A stretch of 64,000 nt of DNA. Origin: Podarcis gaigeae (lineage: Eukaryota). The notes under the pieces were generated by a model that saw only the letters and a list, made by a program, of their open reading frames with translations, searched no databases and was not told the origin of the DNA. The stretch lies in assembly GCA_964106915.2 (NCBI GenBank), contig OZ066922.1; one strand, 5' to 3'. Positions 25,029 to 38,347 of the stretch are shown here, piece after piece. Numbering within the stretch: position 1 is the stretch's first letter; each line of letters begins with the position of its first letter. The position numbers were made by a program, and so were the translations under genes.

Positions 25029-28000
25029 TGTTGTTGTTGTTGTTTAGTCGTTTAGTCGTGTCCGACTCTTCGTGACCCCATGGACCAGAGAACGCCAGGC
25101 ACCTCTGTCCTCCACTGCCTCCCACAGTTTGGTCAAACTCATGCTGGTAACCTCGAAAACACTATCCAACCATCTCGTCCTCTGCCGTCCCCTTCTCCTT
25201 GTGCCCTCCATCTTTCCCAACATCAGGGTCTTCTCCAGGGAGTCTTCTCTTCTCATGAGGTGGCCAAAGTACTGGAGCCTCAGCTTCACAATTTGTCCTT
25301 CCAGTGAGCACTCAGGGTTGATTTCCTTCAGTATGGAGAGGTTTGATCTTCTTGCAGTCCATGGGACTCTCAAGAGTCTTCTCCAGCACCATAATTCCAA
25401 AGCATCAATTCTTCGGCGATCAGCCTTCTTTATGGTCCAGCTCTCACTTCCATACATCACTACTGGGAAAACCATAGCTTTAACTATACGAACCTTTGTT
25501 GGCAAGGTGATGTCTCTACTTCTCAAGATGCTGTCTAGGCCTGTCATTGCCCTTCTCCCAAGAAGCAGGCGTCTTTTAATTTCGTGGCTGCTGTCACCAT
25601 CTGCAGTGATCATTGAGCCCAAGAAAGTAAAATCTCTCACTACCTCCATTTCTTCCCCTTCTATTTGCCAGGAGGTGATGGGACCAGTGGCCATGATCTT
25701 CGTTTTTTTGATGTTGAGCTTCAGACCATATTTTTGCGCTCTCCTCTTTCACCCTCATTAAAAGGTTCTTTAATTCCTCCTCACTTTCTGCCATCAAGGT
25801 TGTGTCATCTGCATATCTGAGGTTGTTGATATTTCTTCCGGCAATCTTAATTCCGGCTAGGGATTCATCCAGCCCAGCCTTTCGCATGATGAATTCTGCA
25901 TATAAGTTAAATAAGCAGGGAGACAAAATACAGCCTTGTCGTACTCCTTTCCCAATTTTGAACCAATCAGTTGTTCCATATCCAGTTCTAACTGTAGCTT
26001 CTTGTCCCACATAGAGATTTCTCAGGAGACAGATGAGGTGATCTGGCACTCCCATTTCTTTAAGAACGTGCCATAGTTTGCCGTGGTCGACACAGTCAAA
26101 GGCTTTTGCATAGTCAATGAAGCAGAAGTAGATGTCTTTCTGGAACTCTCTAGCTTTCTCCATAACCCAGTGCATGTTTGCAATTTGGTCTCTGGTTCCT
26201 CTGCCTCTTCTAAATCCAGCTTGCACTTCTGGGAGTTCTCGGTCCACATACTGCTTGAGCCTTCCTTGTAGAATTTTAAGCATAACCTTGCTAGCGTGTG
26301 AAATGAGTGCAATTGTGCGGTAGTTGGAGCATTCTTTGGCACCGCCCTTCTTTGGGATTGGGATGTAGACTGATCTTCTCCAATCTTCTGGCCACTGCTG
26401 AGTTTTCCAAACTTGCTGGCATATTGAGTGTAGCACCTTAACAGCATCATCTTTTAAAATTTTAAATAGTTCAGCTGGAATACCATCACTTCCACTGGCC
26501 TTGTTATTTGCAGTGCTTTCTAAGGCCCATTTGACTTCACTTTCCAGGATGTCTGGCTCAAGGTCAGCAACCACACTACCTGGGGTATACGAGACATCCA
26601 TTTCTTTCTGGTATAATTCCTCTGTGTATTCTTGCCACCTCTTCTTGATGTCTTCTGCTTCTGTTAGGTCCTTTCCACTTTTGTCCTTTATTATGGAAAT
26701 CTTTGTACGAAATGTTCCTTTCATATCTCCAATTTTCTTGAACAGATCTCTGGTTCTTCCCATTCTATTGCTTTCCTCTATTTCTTTGCATTGCTCGTTT
26801 AAGAAGGTCTTCTTGTCTCTCCTTGCTATTCTTTGGAAATCTGCATTCAATTTCCTGTATCTTTCACCATCTCCCTCGCATTTTGCTTGCCTTCTCTCCC
26901 CCGCTATTTGTAAGGCCTCATTGGACAGCCACTTTGCTTTCTTGCATTTCCTTTTCATTGGGATGGTTTTCGTTGCTGCCTCCTGTGTAATGTTACGAGC
27001 CTCCATCCATAGTTCTTCAGGCATTCTGTCCACCAAATCTAAATCCTTAAACCTGTTCCTCACTTCCACTGTGTATTCGTAAGGGATTTGACTTAGATTG
27101 TATCTTACCGGCCCAGTGGTTTTTCCTACTTTCTTCAGTTTAAGCTTGAATTTTGCTATAAGAAGCTGATGATCTGAGCCACAGTCAGCTCCAGGTCTTG
27201 TTTTTGCTGACTGTATAGAGCTTCTCCATCTTTGGCTGCAGAGAATATAATCAATCTGATTTCGATGCTGCCCATCTGGTGATGTCCATGTGTAGAGTCG
27301 TCTCTTGTGTTGTTGGAAAAGCGTGTTTGTGATGACCAGCTTGTTCTCTTGACAGAACTCTTTTAGCCTTTGCCCTGCTTCGTTTTGATCTCCAAGGCCA
27401 AACTTGCCAGTTGTTCCTTTTATCTCTTGACTCCCTACTTTAGCATTCCAATCCCCTATAATGAGAAGAACATCCTTCTTTGGTGTCACTTCTATAAGGT
27501 CTTGTAAGTCTTCATAGAATTGGTCAATTTCAGTTTCTTCAGTACAAGTAGTTGGTGCATAAACTTGGATTACTGTGATGTTAAAAGGTCTGCCTTGGAT
27601 TCGTATCGAGATCATTCTATCATTTTTGAGATTGCATCCCAGTACAGCTTTCGCCACTCTTTTGTTGACTATGAGGGCCACTCCATTTCTTTTACGGGTT
27701 TCTTGCCCACAGTAGTAGATATGATGGTTATCCGAACTGAATTCACCCATTCCCGTCCATTTTAGTTCACTGATGCCCAGGATGTCAATATTTATTCTTG
27801 CCATCTTATTTTTGACCACCTCCAACTTACCCAGGTTCATGGTTCTTACATTCCAGGTTCCTATGCAATATTTTTCTTTACAGCATTGGACTTTCCTTTC
27901 GCTTCCAGGCATATCCGCAACTGAGCGTCCTTTCGGCTTTGGCCCAGCCGCTTCATCAGCTCTGGATCTACTTGTACTTGCCCTCCGCTCTTCCCCAGTA

Positions 28001-28256
28001 GCATGTTGAATGCCTTCCGACCTGAGGGGCTCATCTTCCAGCGTCATATCTTTTATATGCCTGTTGTCTTTGTCCATGGAGTTTTCTTGGCAGGGATACT
28101 GGAGTGGCTTGCCGGTTCCTGCTCCAGGTGGATCACGTTTGGTCAAAACTCTCCACTATGACCTGTTCATCTTGGGTGCCCTGCTTGGCATAGTTCATAG
28201 CTTCTCTGAGTTCTTCAAGCCCCTTTGCCACGGCAAGGCAGTGATCCATGAAGGGG
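25029..28256 (-). mobile_element. Full-length BovB (RTE-clade) LINE
   Basis: About 3.2 kb; APE endonuclease (IGTWNVRTM, LGISELKW, IDYIL, SDH) and RT (YAKAFDCVDH, GVRQGC, YADD) in ORFs 25594-28146 and 25044-25694 joined by one frameshift at the T5 run 25731-25735; (CAA)n tail; perfect 13-bp TSD ACAGGTATACAGT at 25016-25028 and 28257-28269. Confidence 0.97.
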
Positions 28257-28620
28257 ACAGGTATACAGTACAGTATTTTAAACTTTTTTTTTAAAAAAAA
28301 GCATGTTCACAACATTTTTTTTATACATGTGGCGATTCAGCCTATATTTACACTCATAGGAAACTGCCCTACTCTCCAAGGTCACTTCCAGACTACCTGG
28401 TTACTGAGCATTCTGGTTTGTTCATAGGAAGTTTCCAGGGACGTTCTTTGTTATTACTTATTTGAATTGTTGCCAATCCTTCATCATGAAGTTTCAGGGC
28501 AAGTTACAACAATTTTTAAAATACAATATTCCGAACAATTAAAGCAAATGAGATGACATTGCTTCAAGCATTATCCTGCCCTTTCTGCCGCAATTTCCCA
28601 TCCTTATTGCAAACACACAG

Positions 28621-28679
<59 letters not shown>
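28621..28679. repeat. (TATACA)n microsatellite
   Basis: About 10 tandem hexamers, interrupted on the right by a MITE. Confidence 0.9.
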
Positions 28680-28681
<2 letters not shown>

Positions 28682-28921
28682 GTGGTATCTCAGGTTAAGT
28701 ACTTAATTTATTCCGGAGGTCCGTACTTAGCCTGAAACTGTTCTTAACCTGAAGCATCACTTTAGCTAATGGGGCCTCCTGCTGCTGCCATGCCGCTGGA
28801 GCACGATTTCTGTTTTCATCCTGAAGCAAAATTCTTAACCTGAAGCACTATTTCTGGTTTAGCGGAGTCTGTAACCTGAAGCGTATGTAACCTGAAGCAT
28901 ATGTAACCTGAGGTACCACTG
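28680..28921. mobile_element. Tc1/mariner (pogo/Tigger-like) MITE, copy-1 specific
   Basis: TIR CAGTGGTA(C/T)CTC ... GAGGTACCACTG, TA TSD; absent at the paralogous site about 53720. Confidence 0.9.
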
Positions 28922-28965
28922 TACATATACATATACATATATATATGTGTGTGTGTGTGTGTGTA

Positions 28966-29481
28966 TTATGGTGCTGGAGGAGCAGTGGCGTAGCGTGGGG
29001 GGTGCAGGGGGGGCCGGCCGCACCGGGCGCAACATCTGGGGGTTAGGGTTAGGGGGCGCAAATCCACGGCTTAGGGGGTGCAAATTACTTGCCTTGCCCC
29101 GGGTGCTGACAACCCACGCTATGCCACTGTGGAGGAGACTCTTGAGAGTCCCATGGACTGCAAGAAGATCAAACCTATCCATTCTTAAGGAAATCAGCCC
29201 TGAGTGCTCACTGGAAGGACAGATCCTGAAGCTGAGGCTCCAATACTTTGGCCACCTCATGAGAAGAGAAGACTCCCTGGAAAAAACCCTGATGTTGGGA
29301 AAGATGGAGGGCACCAGGAGAAGGGGACGACAGAGGACGAGATAGTTGGACAGTGTTCTCAAAGCTACCAGCATGAGTTTGACCAAACTGTGGGAGGCAG
29401 TGGAAGACAGGGGTGCCTGGCGTGCTCTGGTCCATGGGGTCACGAACAGTCGGACATGACTAAATGACTAAACAACAACAA
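28966..29481 (+). mobile_element. 3' BovB fragment interrupted by a hAT MITE
   Basis: LWCWRRLLRVPWTARRSN...RGRQRTR* with (CAA)n tail; paralogue at 53786-54145 shares the same TAG stop. Confidence 0.92.
28983..29129. mobile_element. 147-bp hAT MITE nested in the BovB fragment, copy-1 specific
   Basis: TIR CAGTGGCGTAGCGTGGG / CCCACGCTATGCCACTG, perfect 8-bp TSD TGGAGGAG; empty site at about 53795. Confidence 0.92.
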
Positions 29482-29845
29482 TATATACACACACACACAT
29501 ACATGCATACATACATACATCCAATTTTGCAGGGAAAGGTGGTTTGTTGCGCAAGAGCTTCAAAGCAACTGTAACAAAGCAACCTGAATTTCCCACCCAG
29601 AAATATTAATGGACTGGAAAAACTAGTCCATTAATCTCATTACAGCCTACACAATGACAACTATTGAATATGGAGCGTTCTACATGCAAGGCAGGCAATC
29701 ACTCTATTTCTATAAAATATGAAGAGCAGTTCACCATTTTAATAAATAATTGTAAGATATCAGTGAAGCAGCAACAATCTTTAAAAAACAGCACAATCCT
29801 ATACATATGAGTTTCACAGAGATTAATGGTGCTTATTCCCTGGTA

Positions 29846-30209
29846 CTCAGGGACGCAGGTGGCGCTGTTTGTTAAAGCCTCAGCGCCTAGGACTTGCCGA
29901 TTGAAAGGTCGGCGGTTCGAATCCCTGCGGCGGGGTGCGCTCCCGCTGCTCGGTCCCAGCGCCTGCCAACCTAGCAGTTCGAAAGCACCTCCGGGTGCAA
30001 GTAGATAAATAGGGACCGCTTACCAGCGGGAAGGTAAACTGCGTTTCCGTGTGCAGCTCTGGCTCGCCAGAGCAGCGATGTCACGCTGGCCACGTGACCC
30101 AGAAGTGTCTCCGGACAGCGCTGGCCCCTGGCCTCTTAAGTGAGATGGGCGCACAACCCCAGAGTCTGTCAAGACTGGCCCGTACAGGCAGGGGTACCTT
30201 TACCTTTAC
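29846..30209 (+). mobile_element. Sauria SINE, full length, copy-1 specific
   Basis: GGGACGCAGGTGGCGCTG head, (ACCTTT)n tail, 12-bp TSD TATTCCCTGGTA; empty site at about 54495. Confidence 0.95.
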
Positions 30210-30767
30210 TATTCCCTGGTAAGCAGGTACAGGTTTGCAACCTAAAAGGTTAATACAGTATAGGGATTGCGGTGGGAGACGGAAGAGCTAAACTTCCCCT
30301 TCTTGTGGACTGTGGTCCTAATCTAGATTAGGCTGCTCCTGTGCTTGGCTTTCATTAAAAACAGAAACCCTGAGGTGGCTAAAGCAAAGCATTTAATGCC
30401 ACACAATGTGCAATAAGGGACCTCATGTATCAGACCACAGACCACAGAAAGTATGAAAAATACTCTAAAAACATATTAAAGAGGAACAAAGAGGTCCTTT
30501 GCATATTGTTCATTGCCTCTTTTTTTATTTGTTTACTTGCGGACATTAAAAGTATATTTTTTATATTTGTGGGCCTTTCCAGTGCTTGTGTTATGAAATG
30601 GAGACCACAATCCCCCCATGCTTGCTTTGCCTTTCTTTCAGAGGCAGTAATACTTCTGAAAACCAGTTTCTGGAAACCTCAGGAGGGGAGAGCAATCTTG
30701 TGCTTGCTTCCTGCTTGCGGGTTTCCCACAGACATCTGGCTGGCCAGCGTGAGAACAGGATGATGGA

Positions 30768-31187
30768 CAGGGCTGGATTTAGGCTTGATAAGGCCCAAAG
30801 GTCCTGAAGGTAATGGGGCCCTTTATATGTCCAGCTGTCCTTTGACAACAACAAATTGTCACTGTTTTTTGTGTTGAATATATGCTATATGTTAATTTGT
30901 GGACCTAATAGGTATCTAATGCCATTTGCACATAACAAAATATGTATTTTATCAAAGTAATTGATATAGAAATGAGTAAACCAGTGATATTTTAGGGAGC
31001 AGGCTAGCAGGTGGAGTCCATTACTTACATCATAGGAGCCTGCACAACACAAAACACTGTTGCTGTATGTAGGTTTTATTTTGTTTGTTTTTTATCTTAT
31101 ATTTTGGAAATGTACATCCAGGGGTTTTTTTCCTTTAAATTTTTTTGGGGGGGCTCCAAGAGAATGGAGCCCTAAACTATAGCACTG
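30768..31187 (-). mobile_element. Non-autonomous hAT element
   Basis: Reverse-oriented relative of 24270-24687; perfect 8-bp TSD ATGATGGA; only its left part survives in copy 2 (about 55052-55161). Confidence 0.88.
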
Positions 31188-32963
31188 ATGATGGACTAGT
31201 TGTTCATCATGACAACCTTCAGACTTCTCAGATGTCAGAGCCTGACTTACACAGGGCTATTTGAGGCGTGCAAGGCATAACCAAGCTGTTAGAAACCACA
31301 CACTCCAGTCTACAAGCAGGCAGTATTGCTTGTGTTGTAGTTAGAAGTGGTTTTTTTTTTAAGGAGATGTAGCTAAATGCATGCTTTCAGCCACACGTTG
31401 TTGGTTTTCCATGACCACTAGTATTTATTCCAACATGCAGTAGCATTTAGCGGTTTAATATATCTGGACTGTAACGAGGCAGAGGATCACACACCCATCC
31501 TAATTTCAGACTGGAACTAATGATTTTCAGGTTTTACAGACTCAGCTTTTACTGGCATCCATGACTCAGATGGAATGAAGCCATCACTTATGCTAAGTGG
31601 TGCCACTACTTATTTCACAAACAGCAGGATTCTACGGGGCAGGTAGGAGATGTACAGCCCCGTGGCATTCACAGCCTCCACAACAGATCAGCTGCTTGAA
31701 GCAGTTACCAGACTTCTACCTGCCACAAGAGCAAATCATCTTCTGGAACATGAGGTACACCAGACTTTTCTGAACCTTTAGATTTAAGCTCCCTAAAACA
31801 TACTTTCCTGCTAGTACCACTCCTGTAGAGAGAAACTGCTCGTTGTAATTTGGATTAACCATAAATTGTAATTTTCCAAGTTTAAATTTTGACATTGACA
31901 CATGTCTGTGTTTTATTTTCCTGTTGACATTCCAAACATTATTTTTCTCTTGTTTTACCTGTGTGTGTGTGTTTTTTTAAAGATTACGATCATTAAATCA
32001 GAAGTGGCCAACCTGCCTACTGTTATCATACAGCCCTCAGCATCGGATTCTTCTGTGCCTTCTTTCCATTCTCTGTGGCAGACCCCTGTTCATTGTCATG
32101 ACTCCCTCCTCCCCTGAATTCTCCAACCACTGTGGCCTGCTGAGAAGGAGGGTGTGGCTGCTTTTTCCTTCTGGGCAAAGGATTAAGAAGACTGCCTAAG
32201 GCCATGGCAGGGGAGGGGCAGAATTATTTTCACCAGAACCTTGCTCAATGTTCATTCACTGTCTCTTATTGTTACTCCGTGGGAGGTAATTAATCTGAAG
32301 AGTCATACCTTATTATGTTGCAATGCAACAACACATTGCTGTGGGGTGTGTTCCTGTTCACTGTTCCTGTCAGACAACCATACCCTCTTCCTCCAAAGTC
32401 CACTCCATTCCAGTCTTCTCACTTACCCAGGCAGTCAACAGTGCATGGCCTCTTAGCATGCTCTGTCCTCATCTAGCTGTTTTGCCAGTTCCAATATATT
32501 TTGCTGCCTGAGGCAAAGAACAAGATGGCACTCTATCCAACCCACTTCCACCTAAAGGAAATTGGACTGGCAGCTGAATCTTACTTTTGCACTTACAGGG
32601 TAGTGCCCTTTAGTGCTCACTTAGCGGGTGCGTGAGAGGCTTGTAGCCCACCTATAGCTCTGATTTCCAACAGAGTGGAATGTCCAGGGGGCCAGATGGA
32701 ATGGCTGGTGGGCTACCACTGTCACTTGAGCCAATTGCCTCACTCTGCCCAATGGTGGGGTGAATGCTATCAACGGCTTAAATGCATCTCTATACCTTTT
32801 AAAAAATGCATGCAAAATTTGTTTCCTTTGTCTTTTAAGCACCCAGGAACATCGTCAGTTTGAAGTTTGCACTAGAACCTCATTTCCCTGGCTGTACATA
32901 GTTTGCGGGAAACAGGGATGTATATAGGAGCTAGGCATATTAATGATGACCTTTGCATGGGGC

Positions 32964-33318
32964 GGGACACGGGTGGCGCTGTTGGTTAAACCACAGGGCC
33001 TAGGACTTGCCGATCAGAAGGTCGGCGGTTCGAATCCCCACAACGGGGTCAGCTCCTGTTGCTCGGTCTCTGCTCCTGCCAACCTAGCAGTTTGAAAGTA
33101 CATCAAAGTGCAAGTAGATAAATAGGTACCGCTCTGGCGGGAAGGTAAACGGCGTTTCGTGCACTGCTCTGGTTCGCCAGAAGCGGCTTAGTCATGCTGG
33201 CCACATGACCCAGAAGCTGTACGCCAGCTCCCTTGGCCAATAAAGCGAGATGAGCGGTGCACCCCCAGAGTCGGTCACAACTGGACCTAATGGTCAGGGG
33301 TTCCTTTACCTTTATCTT
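32964..33318 (+). mobile_element. Sauria SINE
   Basis: GGGACACGGGTGGCGCTG head, CCTTTA-type tail, 12-bp TSD TTTGCATGGGGC. Confidence 0.93.
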
Positions 33319-34797
33319 TTTGCATGGGGCTGCTGCAGGACCTGAAGGAGAGCAGCAGCAAGGGAGGCCAGGCCAGTGAGCACATCAGCTCCCAGTTGGC
33401 AGTAGTCTTCATTTTATATAATGTTCTCGTTTTAGTATTTGAATTGTAAACTGCTTTGGGTGCCTTGGCAGAAAGGAGGTATGTAAATTCAGTCAATCAG
33501 TGGTGATGGGAGGTTATTTGAAGGTGGTTAAGAGCAATAGTGGCTTGGAGCAGAGAGCATGGCGGGAACATCTTGGATCCCCACAAACTTTCACCTGCTT
33601 TTCTTTGCATTTTTTGTGGCTAATTTCCCGTTGTTCAAGGGCTCAATGAATGACAAATATAGCATTGGTGTGGACTAATTCTTTAAAACTTGTAAACACT
33701 ACATTTCTGTTTGAAATAAACATATAAAGCAGATCAACAAAAGGCAGTGTTTTTAACACTGTGTTTTAATTGTTGTAACCCACCCTGGGATCTTAGGGTA
33801 AAGGGTGATTAATTAATTAGTTAATTATGCAAAACAATCAAATGCAATAAAAATAACTGAAACAGCAGAAACATAAATGAACAGTGCACATTTATTCGAA
33901 AGTAATTCCCACAGTGTTTAATGTGGCTCAGATAAAGTGTGTGCTGTAGTAAATATTCAGCAGAATCAAACACATAACTAACAAACACACACACCCCCGC
34001 AACGGCCGAAGGTTCATGAAAGAAACACATACAATTACAGAGTATCCACACCCCCAAAAATGGAGTGAGGGGACCAGATGAACCCCATTGGTTGTGATTG
34101 ATGGGTGTCCTGCAGCCTAGAAGGAATGACCAAAATGCATATTTGCCCACATAACCCTCTGGAGATTAAAATCAACACAATTCATTTTTTAAATTGTTTG
34201 AGTGTCAACTATATTTCCAGATACTGCTTGGTAGCCGTATGTTTCCAAGTACGATGAAGTAATTGCTATCAAGCAAAAAAGAGGATTCTGCACCACTCAT
34301 GGCATTTCCTGTGCTTAACATGATTATGAGTGACTGTGGTTGTAGTTAAAAACCCAGCTCCAGAAGATGTAAATATTCGTCATGCACCCCAGAGCCTAAG
34401 AAGGGAGAGGGGTTGGGGAATCACTAGAATAGCATATTGTGTGCCAGAATATACAAGCTAATCATATTCCCATGGCATCCTATGCAACAACAATGCGGTT
34501 TCTATAAAAACACACACGCACATTGAACTGAAAAGGAAAGGAATGGAACTGAATTCCAATTTATTTGAGCCAATCTCTCCTAGGATCTCTTTGGCATGTG
34601 TGTGAGCACATTTCTCTTTTTGGAGAGAAGGTAGGAGAAGGAGTCTTTATTGATTTCTTTTTAGCTCTTACTGGCCCACCCAAGTACATTCAGGCTGGAA
34701 ACCTGTCGCCAAAGAACCGGCTTATTAGTTCAAATTCACCTGTGACTTGAAGCCCCAGCAGCACCTCAGGTCAATAATAATATAATGAATTAATAAT

Positions 34798-34916
34798 AAG
34801 TGCTTTTTTCTAGAAAAATAGGCGCCGGGACTCACCATGAAGTTACAGTGCCACACTTTTTAACAACAAAAAAGGAGATACTGGTACTGAAAGTACCTCC
34901 TGAAAAAAAAGCACTG
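34798..34916. mobile_element. Short hAT-like MITE
   Basis: TIR AGTGCTTTTTT ... AAAAAAAAGCACTG flanked by ATTAATAA on both sides. Confidence 0.5.
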
Positions 34917-36319
34917 ATTAATAATAATTTTATTATTTATACCCCACCCATCTGGCTAGGTTTCCCCAGGCGGTTTACCCCACATTGCTTCCTCATGTCA
35001 CCAGGGCTTTCACAAGCCCCATGGGTATGCCATGGAGGGGACTGGCAGATCCCAAAGAAGTGGGGGAATGGATCAGGCAGTCAGAGCTGGGTGACCCAGG
35101 GAAGTGCCTGAGCAGGATGGAGGAAGGTCAAGGCCTCAAGAAAGGTCAGAGCTGGTGGAGCTGGCTTGTGATTTAAAAAGTCAGGAGCTGGATCCTGGAG
35201 AAGGTTCAAGCAGGGTGTCAGAGAGATGTCCCACCTTGTGATGTCAGACGCCTCTAGTCAGGCGTCTCCTAAAAGGCTGCTGTCATCACTCGCAGCCCCT
35301 CCTGACAGGAAGGAGCCTCCCTCCAGCAGAGGCACCTGAGAGGAAGTTGGAGACGTGAACCAGCACCTTTGCCCTCAAGGACATGGAGATGCCAGCATTG
35401 ACATAAATGAACCTCACAGACCCAGCCCACTGTATAGCAGTGCCCTTTGCTTGCCCAGAGCAGTGAACCACACTGAGATTTGTGCCTGCACCAGTCTTCA
35501 AAAAGAAGTGGTAATGGCTGGGAAGCTTCTTGGATCAATGTCTCTGCTTGCACTTCACCTTGCAACTCACCCTCAGGGCATTTAACCTTTGCCTTGTCTA
35601 TGTATCACTTATATTTGTGCATTGGGCAGAAAGATAAGCAAGAACATTTGTGCCGTAAAAAGTTACAGGATTTCAGCAGGAAGTTATGGGCTATGCACTG
35701 ATTGGAAATGAAACGGTGTGACTGCCCCCAAAACGTTTGCAGGCACAAACATGACTGAAAACAGATTTGTGTGTGAGTGGCCAGAGAGCATTACGAGCAC
35801 AAATCAAATAATTTGTTTTGAAGAGAAGTAGTTCTCTCTGCAATAGAAGAATTAGGCACTTTGTGTGAATGTGAAAGATGTCACTAAGGTGCTTGATCGA
35901 TTGAAGAATACTGCAGAGGGGAAAATACTGAAAATCTGGAAAATAAATCTAGAACACACATAATGATGCCAAGAAGTATTATGCACCATCTTCTGGTCAG
36001 AGTGAAGTATAACAGACCAAGGAAATCCCCAAACCAAGCACAGAGAAGAAAAAACACAGAACATGCAAATGTGAATTTGTTCTTTGTTCAAATACACATC
36101 TAGTATTGAGACTTGTTTGAAAACTGAGACAAATAAGACAGGGTAGATACAGTAAACATATTAGGTTTAGTAAACACAAATGTTCACGAGAAAGAGTTCA
36201 TAGGTTTAAAGGAATTTGGGCAATAAACTAAGTGTTAGGAGTCACTTCCAAACCTGGAGGTTGTATGGTAAGGCAAATTGATTTTGATTACAAATAATGA
36301 ATATAATGGAGAACAATAA

Positions 36320-37659
36320 CTGGAAACAAATCTATTACTTTTATTAATACAAAAAAGTAGAAGAGCAGCGGAGAATATAGGATTGTTTCTGAAATACTGT
36401 CATGCAAACTTTTTCTCCCCCGAAGAATAAAATTCTAGAAACAGCAGAGTGGAAAGCAAAGATGTTTGAATAAACGCCTGTTTAGTTTTTTTACCTCTCT
36501 CCTGCATAAAAACCTGAGATGTGGTCAAACAAGAGCTGAATTCGCTCATTGACCACCTTCAAGCAATAACATGCTCATGGGTGGGCGGAGAAACGGGTGT
36601 CTTACCTCTGTACAGCACGATAGAAGCTTATACCCTCCCACTCCAGCCTCCATTCAGACAAGGAAACAACATTATGACAGTTCAAGAACACAATTCAGGC
36701 AGGCAAAAGCCCTTCAAGAGGGTACAGAGCAGGGTCTCTGAAGGGTATTGGCCAGGGGAGTGGAGAGGGCCCAGAAGGCCAAATGAAGAGGTCTGCAGAG
36801 GCACATTTGATCCCCTAAGGTTTCTCATCCCTGATGTATATTCTCAGACACTAGTTATGGTCAACACACTCTTTTTCTGAATGTTATAAAGGAACAGGAA
36901 AACATAGCTCAAATTCCAATATATATATCTATTTATTTGTTGCATGGTAAACATGAAAATGTCAAACTACCTTTACAATTTTTTTTGCCAATGACAAGTG
37001 CAAAATATAGCAATCATTCAGTAGTTTGCAAATATTTATTTATGAACATTAACTACATTGACACAGTTAATTTAGTAAAAGAGAATAGAAAGGCTCATCC
37101 CAGCAGATTAAGAAGAAGGGGAGAAAAAAGGTTCCTCTCTCAAACACCAGACTAAGAAAGGTTTTTTAAAGGAAACAACTATTAACATGTGCAAATACTC
37201 TTCCACCAGTATTTTTGCTCCCAAGGAAGTTCTACTCAGCAGCTCATTAAACCAGTTTTATGGGTATGCTTCAGAAGAAACTTAACTTCATATATCCAAA
37301 TAATTTACAAACAGTTCTATCCAACTCTAATGGAAACTTTATTCTTTTACAAACTTTGAATTCTAAATAGATACATTGTTCTTTACAAACATTCAAATTT
37401 GTGGCCTTCATCTTTAACCTTTACTTAAATATATATGCCTCACTCACGTATAAAATAGAAAATGCATTCATTTTAGGAAGATAGGGCCGTTTCCTCTAGC
37501 AAACAGCTAGGGCCCAGCAGGCTTGTTCTTGGGCTCCAGTTAAAAGCATCATATAGCTTTGAATTTGCAGTGGGTGTTAAATCTTCCAGGCTTAACCAAA
37601 AGTTCATGGTAGTTATGTGCATTTGTCAAGTGCTCCTCCTTATATTTCTGCAGGGAAAT
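36320..37659 (-). other. MSMO1: Probable MSMO1 copy 1 3' UTR (extent uncertain)
   Basis: AT-rich sequence after the stop codon with candidate minus-strand AATAAA signals at 37035-37040, 36932-36937 and 36340-36345. Confidence 0.45.
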
Positions 37660-37867
37660 TTATTTGGTCTTCTTTTCCACCATGCACTCTTGTTTCTCCA
37701 ATTTCTCTCTGTAAGAATTGTACTGCGAGTCGGTACCAAACAGTTTATCCCACCATGTGAAGGTTGAAGCATAGTTGCCAATGAAGTTCATATGGTGAAA
37801 GTCATGGAATCGAGCCCCAGCATAGAAAGGCAGCAAATGCAATGGATTCAGAGGAATGTCGTAGCCG
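37660..37867 (-). CDS. MSMO1: Methylsterol monooxygenase 1, copy 1, last coding exon (exon 6)
   Basis: [46 protein letters not shown]...KKTK*; His box HDFHH, KKXX ER-retrieval motif, AG acceptor at 37868-37869. Confidence 0.97.
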
Positions 37868-38271
37868 CTAAGGAGAGCGAGAGAGGAGAATTTACAATGC
37901 AGGTACGGAAGACATTGCTCGCATTTCCATTCAAGTGAAGCATTGCTAAAATCAGAAGCAAGTCCCACAGAGTTTAATGGGGCTTACTCTCTTGTAGGTG
38001 GGTATAGGACTACAACCATAGACATTTACGTTTCCATATTAACTTGGTTGAAAAACCCCTGAAGTTCCTGGACTATTCAACTGGACAACATACTTCTGAA
38101 GCTGTAGAAGTAACATCCGCCATGTGGTATTTAAAATGTGTTTCTTACTTCTGTACTGATGATACATGCTTTATATATAGTCCCTGCAAGGAAGTCATGT
38201 AAATATCTCAGCACAAAGTGTCCACAACACGATGCCAAACAGAGGAATGAAATAGTTGAAAAATGTGGGCG

Positions 38272-38297
38272 CTCTCTCTCTCTCTCTCTCTCTCACA

Positions 38298-38343
<46 letters not shown>
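38272..38343. repeat. (CT)n(CA)n compound microsatellite
   Basis: Direct reading; paralogue at about 58465-58550. Confidence 0.9.

Positions 38344-38347
<4 letters not shown>

Noticed and set aside
25072-28294. Plus-strand ORFs of 229, 193 and 94 aa
   Set aside because: Antisense shadows of the BovB ORF
28621-28960. Repeat-spacer-like appearance (GTAACCTGAAG repeats, TATACA repeats)
   Set aside because: MITE subterminal repeats and microsatellites in eukaryotic DNA; not a CRISPR array
34997-35403. Possible second solo LTR (TGTCA...TGACA)
   Set aside because: No TSD and boundaries ambiguous
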